Source: a virus
Lineage: Duplodnaviria; Caudoviricetes
Direction: 5' to 3' (one strand)
DNA: 64,000 nt
IMG/VR virus record: IMGVR_UViG_3300005512_000026
Location: 588-64,587 of that record
The position numbers and the translations under genes were made by a program. The notes beneath the pieces are model-generated. The model worked only from the letters and a program-made list of their open reading frames with translations. It was not told the origin of the DNA and searched no databases. Positions 10,374 to 19,222 of the stretch are shown here, one piece after another (within the stretch, counting starts at the first letter, position 1; each line of letters begins with the position of its first letter).

Positions 10374-12859
10374 TGCCGAACGCAGGATACGACTCAGACA
10401 TAGTTGTTTCCAACGCAGACGGTACTACCAATCTGCTGAAACTAACGCTGTGGAACAACGACCCGAACCGACCTGGTGGTTGGGAAGAAGTACCTGTTCC
10501 TACTACGCCAGTTCCACAAGCGCAGGGAGACAGCAACTACTCCGCTATTGACCCTGTATACGGGCGTGTCTACTCACAGGTGGACTGGTCTGGTGGCTTC
10601 GGTTTGTCGCGCTGCTCACAGTTGTCATCGTGTGATGAGTACGGATACACAGACGGTGTTCTTGCAATGTTCGAGGGAGAGTTGATTCCTTCGTACAAAG
10701 AAGATGAAGTAGACGCTATTGTGCGTAACGGTCGCTTCGAGACTGGCAACACTACTGGATGGACTGACGGTACGAACACAACAGTCGCATCATCCACTAA
10801 CTCTCGTTCAGGCACGTACTCTCTATCTATAACCGCTGACGCTAATAGTGGCACATGCACACAGAACTACGTGGGAACGGACACGGTTCTTCGCAGTCGA
10901 GAGATAACTGCTGTTGCTTACGCACGGCGAGTATCTGGAACTGGAAATATCTCTCTTGGAGTTGCAGATGGTGTTGGCACAAGTACCTCGTCAACTTCTA
11001 CAGATTCAGACTGGGCGCTGCTCGAAGTAACCCGAACGATAGATGCTTCGGCTACAGCCATACAATTTATCTTTACTCTATCTGTCAGTGGTGACGAGTT
11101 CGAGATTGATGACGTTGCCGTAATTCTGACAGGTGGTAGCGAGTGGAAGTCTCGACCTGTTGAGTTTGGCGGTAACTACTACGCCTCTATGGGCAGAGCT
11201 ATCGTCAAGTGGGACGAATCCAACGATGTCTTCTTGCCGGTATACGTTGATGACACCAATGAGATCACCTCAGTAGTTCCATACGAAGGCACTTTATATG
11301 CTGGGCGTGGCACTGCTGATAACTATTTGATTAGCACTGACGGTACAACGTGGAGTGACCCGACTACAAACTCTGGGAACAGCCGCCTTGCTACTTTCTT
11401 TGGCAGAGTGAAGAACTCTCGTGGCGACTGGGCGCTAATGAAAACCCGCGCCAACCAAGTGTCTATATCTGTATCCCCTTCTGATACTGCGAATTGGGGT
11501 GCAGAGATACAGGCTGGTGACTCAGATCGTGCAATTACCAGCCTTACCCCAGCAGCAGGAACCGCTTACGTTGGGCGTGAAGACGGCTTGTTCGTATACA
11601 ACAGCCGCACAAATCTGTTTGAAGACGTAGAACCGGACGCTAACTTCTTCCCGTCCACGAACAACTTCAGCCGTGCTATCGGTCGAGGTGGTGCTATATG
11701 GGCTTCAGGAGGTCAGCAGACGTTCTGGACAGTGACCCCAACGGGTAGAGGTGCTAACCACCAATGGAGCGATGTCTCTCACATGTTCCAGGCTGCGGCT
11801 TACAAGGGCTTCGGCGGAACAGTTGCAGGGTTGGCACAAGATCGCTCCAACGTATTCGTAGCGCTTGCGGATAACGCTGCCAGTGCAACTAACTCGTTTC
11901 CGTACACGTTCCCGTTCCTGTTCTCTACAGCAGGTATATCCGAGCGTGTTCGCCTTATCTCTATACGGAACATTCGCCGTGACGACGACTCCGCACAAGC
12001 GTTTACTGAGTTTGCTTCTGGTGTTGCTGTTCACACAATGACATCGTTTGCCGTGTCCACGATAGACCAACTTGGCAGACATGACGATGGAAGCACGTCG
12101 TCGTTGTTTGCGCTTGGGACGTACACAGACAGTACGATCTCGGCAACAGACAAGGACACCCCAAGAGCTGTACGACTCACCATTCCTCGTGATAACGAAA
12201 ACCCGCGCCGTGCCACTACTCCTAACGTGCGTTTAGAGGGAGATTATTTTTCGTCTTGGATTGACTTCAACTATCCAGACACCGAAAAGGCAGAAGGGAC
12301 ACTTACGCTTGGTTCCAGGAACTTTTCTAGTGGCTCCAAGTATGTGACTGTGTGGTACAAAACAGATGACGCTACGGATGATGATGGTACTGGCTGGACT
12401 CTCTGGGGTGACGACGGTGTATTTGATACGTCGCCATCAGAAACAAAAGCAGCGGTTCTTACCACGCCGGTAACATTCAAGCGCATCCGTTTCCGTGTTC
12501 GGTTTACTACAGACTCAGCGACTGACGACCCGCCAGCAGTTACCTCTATGGTGTTCAAGGCTGTCTGGAACGAAACAGAACCACGCAAGTTTAGGGGCTC
12601 CGTAAAACTGTCTGATAGGCGTTCACAAATGTTGCGTAGACAGCCTAAGAAGTCTCTGCGTTCTGCTGATGTAACTAAGTTAGACAGTCTTCGTAAACAG
12701 CCGTTCATTCAATTGGTGACACCTGACGGGGAAACACTGAACGCATCGCTTGCTATTCGTCGTCGGCGTACTGGGGCGAGAGTAAGTTCTACTCGTGGTG
12801 TTCCGATTGACCAGACTAATGTAATTGACCTAGAGTTCACAGAACTGTTGACCAGCTAA
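10373..12859 (+). CDS. Podovirus tail nozzle (tubular protein B-like) with CBM4/9-like insertion
   Basis: 828 aa beta-propeller-like; insert 'VRNGRFETGNTTGWT...FEIDDVAV'. Confidence 0.55.
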   Translation: MPNAGYDSDIVVSNADGTTNLLKLTLWNNDPNRPGGWEEVPVPTTPVPQAQGDSNYSAIDPVYGRVYSQVDWSGGFGLSRCSQLSSCDEYGYTDGVLAMFEGELIPSYKEDEVDAIVRNGRFETGNTTGWTDGTNTTVASSTNSRSGTYSLSITADANSGTCTQNYVGTDTVLRSREITAVAYARRVSGTGNISLGVADGVGTSTSSTSTDSDWALLEVTRTIDASATAIQFIFTLSVSGDEFEIDDVAVILTGGSEWKSRPVEFGGNYYASMGRAIVKWDESNDVFLPVYVDDTNEITSVVPYEGTLYAGRGTADNYLISTDGTTWSDPTTNSGNSRLATFFGRVKNSRGDWALMKTRANQVSISVSPSDTANWGAEIQAGDSDRAITSLTPAAGTAYVGREDGLFVYNSRTNLFEDVEPDANFFPSTNNFSRAIGRGGAIWASGGQQTFWTVTPTGRGANHQWSDVSHMFQAAAYKGFGGTVAGLAQDRSNVFVALADNAASATNSFPYTFPFLFSTAGISERVRLISIRNIRRDDDSAQAFTEFASGVAVHTMTSFAVSTIDQLGRHDDGSTSSLFALGTYTDSTISATDKDTPRAVRLTIPRDNENPRRATTPNVRLEGDYFSSWIDFNYPDTEKAEGTLTLGSRNFSSGSKYVTVWYKTDDATDDDGTGWTLWGDDGVFDTSPSETKAAVLTTPVTFKRIRFRVRFTTDSATDDPPAVTSMVFKAVWNETEPRKFRGSVKLSDRRSQMLRRQPKKSLRSADVTKLDSLRKQPFIQLVTPDGETLNASLAIRRRRTGARVSSTRGVPIDQTNVIDLEFTELLTS

Positions 12860-12871
12860 AGGCGGCAAGAA

Positions 12872-14335
12872 ATGGCATTCAAACATTCCAGTGTAGGAAC
12901 TGAATTAACTCAGGCAGAGTACGAGGCAACAACAGCGCACGTACTAGACTCTCAGGCAACAGGCGATCTCATTTACGCTGACGCAGCGACAACAATGACG
13001 CGCCTCGGAATTGGCTCTGCTGCACAGTATCTATCGGTTACTGGCGGTGTTCCTGCGTGGAAGTCGATTCTCGATGAAGACAACATGGCATCTAATAGTG
13101 CTACTGATGTCGCGTCCCAGCAATCCATCAAGGCATACGTGGACTCCCAGATTGGCTCCAACAACGAGTTGTCTGAAGTTCTTGCCAACGGGAACACCAC
13201 TGGTGCTAACGACATCATCGTTTCATCAGGGCAAGCGATCACCACGAACACCATCAGCGAGACTACTGCTGCATCTGGTGTCACGATTGACTCGGTGGTA
13301 CTCAAAGATGGTGGCTTTACTACCGCTGGTGATTCCTTTATTGGTAACGGCAACGGACTCGTTGTAGGGCACACGGCGCAGGAGTCAATCGGTGGTGCGG
13401 GTGTTTCCGAGTTGCAAGTATTGGGTACTGCTGGCGGGGATGCTGCCATTGGTGTTATTCGGGTATCAAACGATACTGGCGGAGCCTCGATAACCCTCGC
13501 AAAGTCTCGTGGTGCTTCTATTGGAGCGCATACTGTTGTCCAAGATAACGACCCGCTTGGGCGTATCGACTTTGCTGGTGATGATGGTGCTGACTACAAC
13601 GCTGTCGGAGCAGCCATTCACGCAGAGGTAGACGGAACCCCTGGCACAAACGATATGCCGGGCAGGCTGGTGTTCAAAACGACAGCAGACGGCGCTCAAG
13701 CAGCAACAGAAGCCCTCCGTATCGACTCGTCGCAGAACACCATCATCCCAGCGACAAAACGTTTGTATCTCGACGGTGGCTCCAATACCTACCTAGTCGA
13801 ATCAGCCGGAGACGTTATCGACATCGTTGTAGGTGGCGGGGCGACTATGGCGGTCGGTGCTGCCGGTGCGTGGATGGCAAGTGGTCACAACTTCACGATC
13901 CAGTCTGGGGACAAGCTCTACCTCGACGGCGGATCCAACACGTACTTCACTGAGGCAGCAGCCGGCACCGTGGATCTCTACGTTGGCGGATCTCAGGAGT
14001 TCCGGTTTGAATCAGACGGCGATTTCCACGCAGATGGAGACGTTTATGCCTTCTCGACGACCACAAGCTCCGACATTAGGTTGAAGAAAAACGTCGTCCA
14101 GTTTGAAAACGCTCTGGACACGGTGAAAGCTCTCCGTGGTGTCGAGTGGGACTGGATCCGAGAGGAGAAGGGTCATTCTGCCGGCTTGATCGCACAAGAG
14201 GTCGAGGAGGTTATGCCATACCTCGTCAAGACTGGCGGGATTGCCAAGGGCGAACCCATGAAAACGCTGAACTATAACGGTCTGATTGGTCTGATGGTCG
14301 AGGCAATCAAGGAACTTGCTGAGAGGATCAACTAA
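12872..14335 (+). CDS. Tail fibre with C-terminal peptidase S74 intramolecular chaperone (X N-terminus + shared block + Y C-terminus)
   Basis: 'SDIRLKKNV...GLIAQEVEEVMPYLV...NYNGLIGLMVEAIKEL' S74 signature; spans repeat copy 1. Confidence 0.85.
   Translation: MAFKHSSVGTELTQAEYEATTAHVLDSQATGDLIYADAATTMTRLGIGSAAQYLSVTGGVPAWKSILDEDNMASNSATDVASQQSIKAYVDSQIGSNNELSEVLANGNTTGANDIIVSSGQAITTNTISETTAASGVTIDSVVLKDGGFTTAGDSFIGNGNGLVVGHTAQESIGGAGVSELQVLGTAGGDAAIGVIRVSNDTGGASITLAKSRGASIGAHTVVQDNDPLGRIDFAGDDGADYNAVGAAIHAEVDGTPGTNDMPGRLVFKTTADGAQAATEALRIDSSQNTIIPATKRLYLDGGSNTYLVESAGDVIDIVVGGGATMAVGAAGAWMASGHNFTIQSGDKLYLDGGSNTYFTEAAAGTVDLYVGGSQEFRFESDGDFHADGDVYAFSTTTSSDIRLKKNVVQFENALDTVKALRGVEWDWIREEKGHSAGLIAQEVEEVMPYLVKTGGIAKGEPMKTLNYNGLIGLMVEAIKELAERIN
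13108..13734 (+). repeat. Direct repeat copy 1 (627 bp; exact core 13197-13734)
   Basis: Base-by-base match to 55583-56209; 6 mismatches, all in 13171-13196. Confidence 0.95.
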
Positions 14336-15036
14336 TGGCGATTGGCACAGGGCAAGTCTCTCTGAGCGATATCCAGACAGAATACGGTGGGTCGTATCCG
14401 ATCCAGCTTTCCGAGTATTACTCCAAAGGGAACGCACCTGCGTCCGGTGAGATTCAGCTATGGGCTGACTTTCAAGGAACATCGGCTGACGCTCATACGC
14501 TGATCAGTTCACAAACGGCTAGCGCAAGTTCTTCAATCGACTTCACATCTGGAATCGACTCTACTTACGACGTATACGAGTTGCGTGTGGTCAACGCCCA
14601 CGGCTCAGTAGACCACGCAGAGTTCGGATGCCAGTTCAACCAGTCAGGCGGTAGTGGCTGGAACGAAACAATCCAGTCCGTGTTCTTTGAGTATTACAAC
14701 CGTGAGGACGGGGGGAACCAAGCACTCACGATTCGAGACACGATGGATCAGGCGAACGGGACAGCTCTACAACCGCTTGCCCGAGATGTGTCTCACGACA
14801 GCGACTCAGGGGTGAACCTTATCATGAACATATTTGGGCCATCGAGCACCACGTACGTGACAAACTTCTACTCGGTATCAGTCGAAATGCAGCATCAAGA
14901 TGCCTACCCTGCCTATGCCCGGCAGTCGTTTGCCAGCGGGTACATCAATACGACAGCAGCGATCGACGAGATTCAATTTAGGTTCTCCTCCGGGAACATA
15001 GCCTCAGGTGAGTTCTACCTGTTCGGAGTCAGCTAA
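14335..15036 (+). CDS. Fibre-tip/adhesin-like protein, paralogue 1 (extra N-terminal fibre-attachment domain)
   Basis: N-term 'QVSLSDIQTEYGGSYPIQLSEYY'; then ~180-aa domain shared with next two genes. Confidence 0.55.
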   Translation: MAIGTGQVSLSDIQTEYGGSYPIQLSEYYSKGNAPASGEIQLWADFQGTSADAHTLISSQTASASSSIDFTSGIDSTYDVYELRVVNAHGSVDHAEFGCQFNQSGGSGWNETIQSVFFEYYNREDGGNQALTIRDTMDQANGTALQPLARDVSHDSDSGVNLIMNIFGPSSTTYVTNFYSVSVEMQHQDAYPAYARQSFASGYINTTAAIDEIQFRFSSGNIASGEFYLFGVS

Positions 15037-15575
15037 TGGCACACACTCTGATCTCATCACAAACCGCCTCCACCAGTGCGACGATCGACTTCACATCTGG
15101 AATCGACTCGACCTACGACATATATGAATTTCATTTCATAAACTGCCATCCTGCTACCGACCTTGTTCACTTCCAGATGCAAGCGAATATCGTCGGTGGC
15201 ACAGGCTGGAATGAAACGATCACATCAGGGTTTTACATCTCGTACTACAACGAAGGCGGGACTGACGGGGGTGTGACTTACAACGCCACATACGATCAAG
15301 ACCAAGACACGGCGTTTCAGTCGCTGTTTTACAACGCCAGCAACGGAAGTGACGAATCTCTCTCAGGAATCCTCACGCTTTACAACCCGTCGAGCACAAC
15401 CTTCGTCAAATACTTCACCGCTCGAACTGAGGGACTTCATCACAATGGTCCATATACGATGGACGCTTTTGCTGGCGGTTACTTCAACACAACTTCTGCT
15501 ATCGACGAAATCCGGTTTAAATACTCCTCCGGGAACATCGACGCTGGTGAGTTCAAGCTATACGGAGTCAGCTAA
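15036..15575 (+). CDS. Fibre-tip-like protein, paralogue 2
   Basis: 'TLISSQTAS...IDFTSGIDSTYD.YE' and 'AIDEIRFKYSSGNIDAGEFKLYGVS' shared with neighbours. Confidence 0.55.
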   Translation: MAHTLISSQTASTSATIDFTSGIDSTYDIYEFHFINCHPATDLVHFQMQANIVGGTGWNETITSGFYISYYNEGGTDGGVTYNATYDQDQDTAFQSLFYNASNGSDESLSGILTLYNPSSTTFVKYFTARTEGLHHNGPYTMDAFAGGYFNTTSAIDEIRFKYSSGNIDAGEFKLYGVS

Positions 15576-16114
15576 TGGCATACACGCTTATCTCAGAACA
15601 AACAGCATCGGCAAGTGCGACGCTTGATTTCACCACAGGGATCGACAGCACCTATGACCTGTATGAGTTTCACGTGATCAACGCCCACCCTGCCACCAAC
15701 GCTAAAGACCTCGGCTTCCAAGCCAACGCTGCCGGGCAGACTGGTTTCAACGAGCAGATCACATCATCCCATTACAGGGCGTACCACAATGAGGCAGATA
15801 CCGCAGCATATTTATGGTCAGGCTATCCGGGGCAATCCCAGAGTAACGGAACGGCGTACCAAACCCTGTTCCACGAAGTCGGTAATGGCGCAGACGAGTG
15901 TGCGAGCGGGATTCTCAAAATCTGGCAGCCGAGTTCATCGACTTATCTCACGCACTTCCAAGCGACGTTCACAGGGTATTATGCCGCGAACTTCGTAATG
16001 TTCTCGTTCACGAACGGTTACATTCATACCGCTACTGCGATCGACGAGATCAGCTTCAAGTTTTCTTCGGGGAACATCGACGATGGAACATTCAAACTAT
16101 ATGGAGTCACCTAA
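15575..16114 (+). CDS. Fibre-tip-like protein, paralogue 3
   Basis: Same N- and C-terminal motifs as paralogues 1-2. Confidence 0.55.
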   Translation: MAYTLISEQTASASATLDFTTGIDSTYDLYEFHVINAHPATNAKDLGFQANAAGQTGFNEQITSSHYRAYHNEADTAAYLWSGYPGQSQSNGTAYQTLFHEVGNGADECASGILKIWQPSSSTYLTHFQATFTGYYAANFVMFSFTNGYIHTATAIDEISFKFSSGNIDDGTFKLYGVT

Positions 16115-16440
16115 TGCCAACACTTCAAGAATGGAAAACACAATTCGAGAACGACAACCCTACCCTCACCAAAATGGTGAACGGCGAGTCGATTACGCTC
16201 ACGCCAGACGAGTACGAAAAGACCATCAACGAATGGGCGCAAAACTCCTTCAATCAGCAGCAAGAGAGCAATGTGCAGGAGAACGGTGGAGTGTCTGCTA
16301 ACTACGCTGAGTACCGCAGGGAAGCCTACAGCACCATCGGCGACCAGCTAGATATGCAGTACCATGACTCTGTAAACGGCACGACAACTTGGAAAGACCA
16401 CATCGCAGCGGTCAAAAACAAATACAGGAAGCCGAGCTAA
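16114..16440 (+). CDS. Tail-fibre assembly-like protein
   Basis: 108 aa; 'YAEYRREAYSTIGDQLDMQYHD...TWKDHIAAVKNKY' motif typical after fibre genes; ATG overlaps previous stop. Confidence 0.55.
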   Translation: MPTLQEWKTQFENDNPTLTKMVNGESITLTPDEYEKTINEWAQNSFNQQQESNVQENGGVSANYAEYRREAYSTIGDQLDMQYHDSVNGTTTWKDHIAAVKNKYRKPS

Positions 16441-16886
16441 TGCCACGTGATTTAGAATCCACACAAGAGATCGTTCCAGCGGTTAGCGCAACCAAGATCT
16501 TCTGCACAAGGGTCGAGGTGTTCACGCCGATCCACCGAAGCTCGCAAGCTGCTGTGGCTGCACAGGCGGAGATCCCTGAGAAGCGCGACGACGACGGCAA
16601 TATCACTCAGGAGTACGTGCCAGCAGTTGAGGCAGTTCCGGGTTGGAATTTCGGGGATCCGATCATCGAACAACGCAAAGCGTTCTTTGACTACGTGACC
16701 GACGACAACCGTGAGTACCGGGTGAACGGGATCCTTGTCTCAGATCTCGCTGCTGGCGAAGGTGTGGACGTCCAGACGGCTCACGATGCGGTCAAGACCC
16801 TCGCCTACTCCGCCACCGCTCTAGGGGCTGCTGTGGACTTTCAGGGAAATGCTGTAGGATTGCCAAGCACAGGCTCAATCGTTTAG
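16440..16886 (+). CDS. Hypothetical protein
   Basis: 148 aa, start overlaps previous stop. Confidence 0.55.
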   Translation: MPRDLESTQEIVPAVSATKIFCTRVEVFTPIHRSSQAAVAAQAEIPEKRDDDGNITQEYVPAVEAVPGWNFGDPIIEQRKAFFDYVTDDNREYRVNGILVSDLAAGEGVDVQTAHDAVKTLAYSATALGAAVDFQGNAVGLPSTGSIV

Positions 16887-16917
16887 AAGCAACTTAGTCA
16901 CGACGGGAGACTAATCA

Positions 16918-17412
16918 ATGCCTAATAAGAAGATCGATGTTCAGTCGCCGATTCTGGCGTTCCACGGACGGCAGTATCGTTTTCAAGTCCGGGACGCAGT
17001 AACCGGTGAGGTCAAGGTTCGGGACGAAGATCTCGACAAGCCTTTGGAAGGACAGCGAGCGCAGACCCGAGAGGGTGACACTTGCGATCTCATCGAAAAC
17101 CTGTTCACCTCGATTCCTAAGTGGGGTTTTTGGGCGGGTGACTCAGCACACATCAACCGGATCCAAACAGCAGTCAACGACACCCGAGCTAACAAGCTCG
17201 ACGTGATCACGCTCCCGGAGGGAGAATACATCTGGCTCCTCGGGACAGACAGCACCCCCGGATTCCTTGACCGAAAAATGCCGAAATCTGCCTATGATGA
17301 GAACGGATACAAGGACGCAGGGGAAGCGGAGATCCCGACCGTCGGAATGGACGTGTGGAGCCTCAACGAAGATCACTTCCGCACCACATATCTCAAAGCG
17401 AGAACGAGGTAA
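16918..17412 (+). CDS. Hypothetical protein
   Basis: 164 aa ORF. Confidence 0.55.
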   Translation: MPNKKIDVQSPILAFHGRQYRFQVRDAVTGEVKVRDEDLDKPLEGQRAQTREGDTCDLIENLFTSIPKWGFWAGDSAHINRIQTAVNDTRANKLDVITLPEGEYIWLLGTDSTPGFLDRKMPKSAYDENGYKDAGEAEIPTVGMDVWSLNEDHFRTTYLKARTR

Positions 17413-17416
17413 TCGC

Positions 17417-17770
17417 ATGGTTGAACCGCCAAAACAAACTCTCGTAAATGGCAAGCCTGTCGAGGACGAGGATCCCGATGAAACAACAGATAGCACAGTG
17501 GATCAAGGATCTGGCGATCTTCACGGCGAGGGAGCTACTAACGGCAGCGAGGAACAGGCTGGAACCGGAGCAAGATCCGGTAGTGATTCAGCCGACGAAA
17601 CGCAGACTATCCCCACGTCTAAGCAGGAAATCAAAGAGCGAGCCAAAGGCGTAGTCGAACGACTCAGAAGGGATGGGCCAGAGCCGGTTCGGAGGCAAGC
17701 GAAAGGTCTTGTCGACAAGGCGTTCGATGCTATCGACGCTGGCTTTGATCGCTGGTTCGGCGATAAGTAA
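17417..17770 (+). CDS. Acidic disordered N-terminus plus amphipathic C-terminal helices; first gene of Y TatC cassette
   Basis: ATG 17417 after GAGGT; 117 aa; positional analogue of 58911-59273. Confidence 0.6.
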   Translation: MVEPPKQTLVNGKPVEDEDPDETTDSTVDQGSGDLHGEGATNGSEEQAGTGARSGSDSADETQTIPTSKQEIKERAKGVVERLRRDGPEPVRRQAKGLVDKAFDAIDAGFDRWFGDK

Positions 17771-17880
17771 TGGGGACGATTGCCGGGCTGTTCCTAGCGA
17801 TAGGCGGGGCTGTCTACATCCTCGTCAATATCGTCATGAGTTTCGGTGACGACGCTCGGAGCAAGCTCGGCAAGAAGTAA
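17770..17880 (+). CDS. 36-aa single-TM peptide (MGTIAGLFLAIGGAVYILVNIVMSFGDDARSKLGKK)
   Basis: Hand-translated; TAATG coupling at both ends. Confidence 0.6.
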   Translation: MGTIAGLFLAIGGAVYILVNIVMSFGDDARSKLGKK

Positions 17881-18119
17881 TGGGAACATTCTTCACAATC
17901 TTCTTAGTTTCATTCATCGCTGCCTCGGCAGGATCGAACGCGTTGTTCTGGATCTGGAATGATGCCCACCACACGATCGGCTGGCTCATCTTCACCGGGA
18001 TCTTCGTTGCCGTCGCCTACTTCATGGCGGAGATGAAAACCCGAGGAGTTGCCCGAGTGTGGGAACCTCGCTTCCTAAAAGCAAGAAAAGTTGTAGACTC
18101 ACTGACACGACGGGGATAG
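17880..18119 (+). CDS. 79-aa two-TM protein with basic tail (holin-like topology)
   Basis: Two hydrophobic segments, short loop, K/R-rich C-terminus. Confidence 0.6.
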   Translation: MGTFFTIFLVSFIAASAGSNALFWIWNDAHHTIGWLIFTGIFVAVAYFMAEMKTRGVARVWEPRFLKARKVVDSLTRRG

Positions 18120-18141
18120 ATCTCCCCAAAGGAGAAAAATC

Positions 18142-18309
18142 ATGGACAACACATTAGTAATCATCGGAATCATCGCTTTCGTCGTCGCTCTTGGTGGCGG
18201 TGGCTGGCTCTACCGCCGAGGCTTCCTGAGAGGCAAGGCGAAAGAGAACGAGACTGCTGTCGCTGCTGCCGAGGCAGCCGTGGCACAGATGCGCGAAGAA
18301 TCCGCATAA
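18142..18309 (+). CDS. 55-aa single-TM peptide with post-TM RRGFLR motif
   Basis: AAGGAG RBS; MDNTLVIIGIIAFVVALGGGGWLYRRGFLRGKAKENETAVAAAEAAVAQMREESA; stop abuts TatC start. Confidence 0.65.
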   Translation: MDNTLVIIGIIAFVVALGGGGWLYRRGFLRGKAKENETAVAAAEAAVAQMREESA

Positions 18310-19128
18310 TTGCCGCGCTGGTTCTGGCGCTATTTCAGATGGATCGTTCTACCGTTCCTGACGGCTATGGGGACGGCACTTTACTATAGTGCCGACATAT
18401 TCCAGTTCCTCATTGGCCCGGCAGTGGACGCTCTATCGCCATTTGACGGGAAGCCCACCATCACCACGCCGGGCGGGATGGTTTCACAAACCGTCTGGCT
18501 CGGGATCAAGGCGGGAATCGCTGCGTCGATTCCTTCTGTCTGGATTCGACTTCTCTTAGATCTCAGGCATGAAGGTTGGTTTCCCCGTCATTTTTGGTGG
18601 AGGCTTATCGCTTTCACCGGAGCCGGGGCGCTCAGCGCACTAGCTGGACTGTCATTCGTCTATTACGTGATGATGCCGTTCGGCTTGCGGTTCTTGCTCG
18701 GCTTCGGGAATGAAGTCGTTGTCCCGCTGATCACGCTCCCGTCCTATATAGGACTCGTCACCTCGATGGCGTTGTCGGTGGCCATATTCTTTGAGATCCC
18801 GCTGATAATGTTCATAGTCTCCAACATAGGATTGATCGGCTACCAGCGATTCAGAAGGCTCCGGAAGTTCTGGATCCCCACAGCCCTGATCTTTGGAGCG
18901 ATCCTGTCGCCCGGCACAGATCTCGTCAACGCTGCGCTTCTGATCATCCCGCTCATCCTGCTTTACGAGGTTGGAATGTTCATCGTCTGGATCTCCAAAC
19001 CTGCCGACGGTAACTACCTCTGGATCAAGACAATTTGGGGTGCTGTATTCTGGATAGCAACGCGTCCAGTCAGGGCATACCGGAAAGTCGAGAGAGAGCT
19101 AGTCAGGCATGGGATTATTTCGTGGTAG
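18310..19128 (+). CDS. tatC: TatC-family membrane protein, divergent (phage Y)
   Basis: Six TM segments; 'FVYYVMMPFGLRFLL', 'FEIPL', 'GAILSPGTD...IPLILLYEVG' TatC motifs. Confidence 0.8.
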   Translation: MPRWFWRYFRWIVLPFLTAMGTALYYSADIFQFLIGPAVDALSPFDGKPTITTPGGMVSQTVWLGIKAGIAASIPSVWIRLLLDLRHEGWFPRHFWWRLIAFTGAGALSALAGLSFVYYVMMPFGLRFLLGFGNEVVVPLITLPSYIGLVTSMALSVAIFFEIPLIMFIVSNIGLIGYQRFRRLRKFWIPTALIFGAILSPGTDLVNAALLIIPLILLYEVGMFIVWISKPADGNYLWIKTIWGAVFWIATRPVRAYRKVERELVRHGIISW

Positions 19129-19222
19129 GAAACTCTGGACAATCCCCATCGTCTTAGTCGCTGCTTACTACGCAGTTGACCACTGGCTCGAAATAGTCTA
19201 CTACTCCGGCAAGAAGTCGTGA
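19109..19222 (+). CDS. 37-aa TM peptide (MGLFRGRKLWTIPIVLVAAYYAVDHWLEIVYYSGKKS)
   Basis: Hand-translated; overlaps tatC end and next gene (GTGA). Confidence 0.45.
   Translation: MGLFRGRKLWTIPIVLVAAYYAVDHWLEIVYYSGKKS

Noticed and set aside
13108-13734. Diversity-generating retroelement TR/VR pair in the fibre genes
   Set aside because: No reverse transcriptase seen; repeat is 627 bp and mid-gene; the six mismatches are not adenine-specific (g/a, a/g, t/c, c/g, c/t, a/t).
12872-16114. Gin/Cin/Min-type invertible fibre switch
   Set aside because: Repeats are direct, 42 kb apart, all fibre genes on one strand, no invertase.
17417-19128. Ordinary host tatABC operon marking bacterial chromosome
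   Set aside because: Embedded among phage late genes, no other host genes, no canonical TatA/B sequence (FG..KLP), TatC signal-binding motifs absent.
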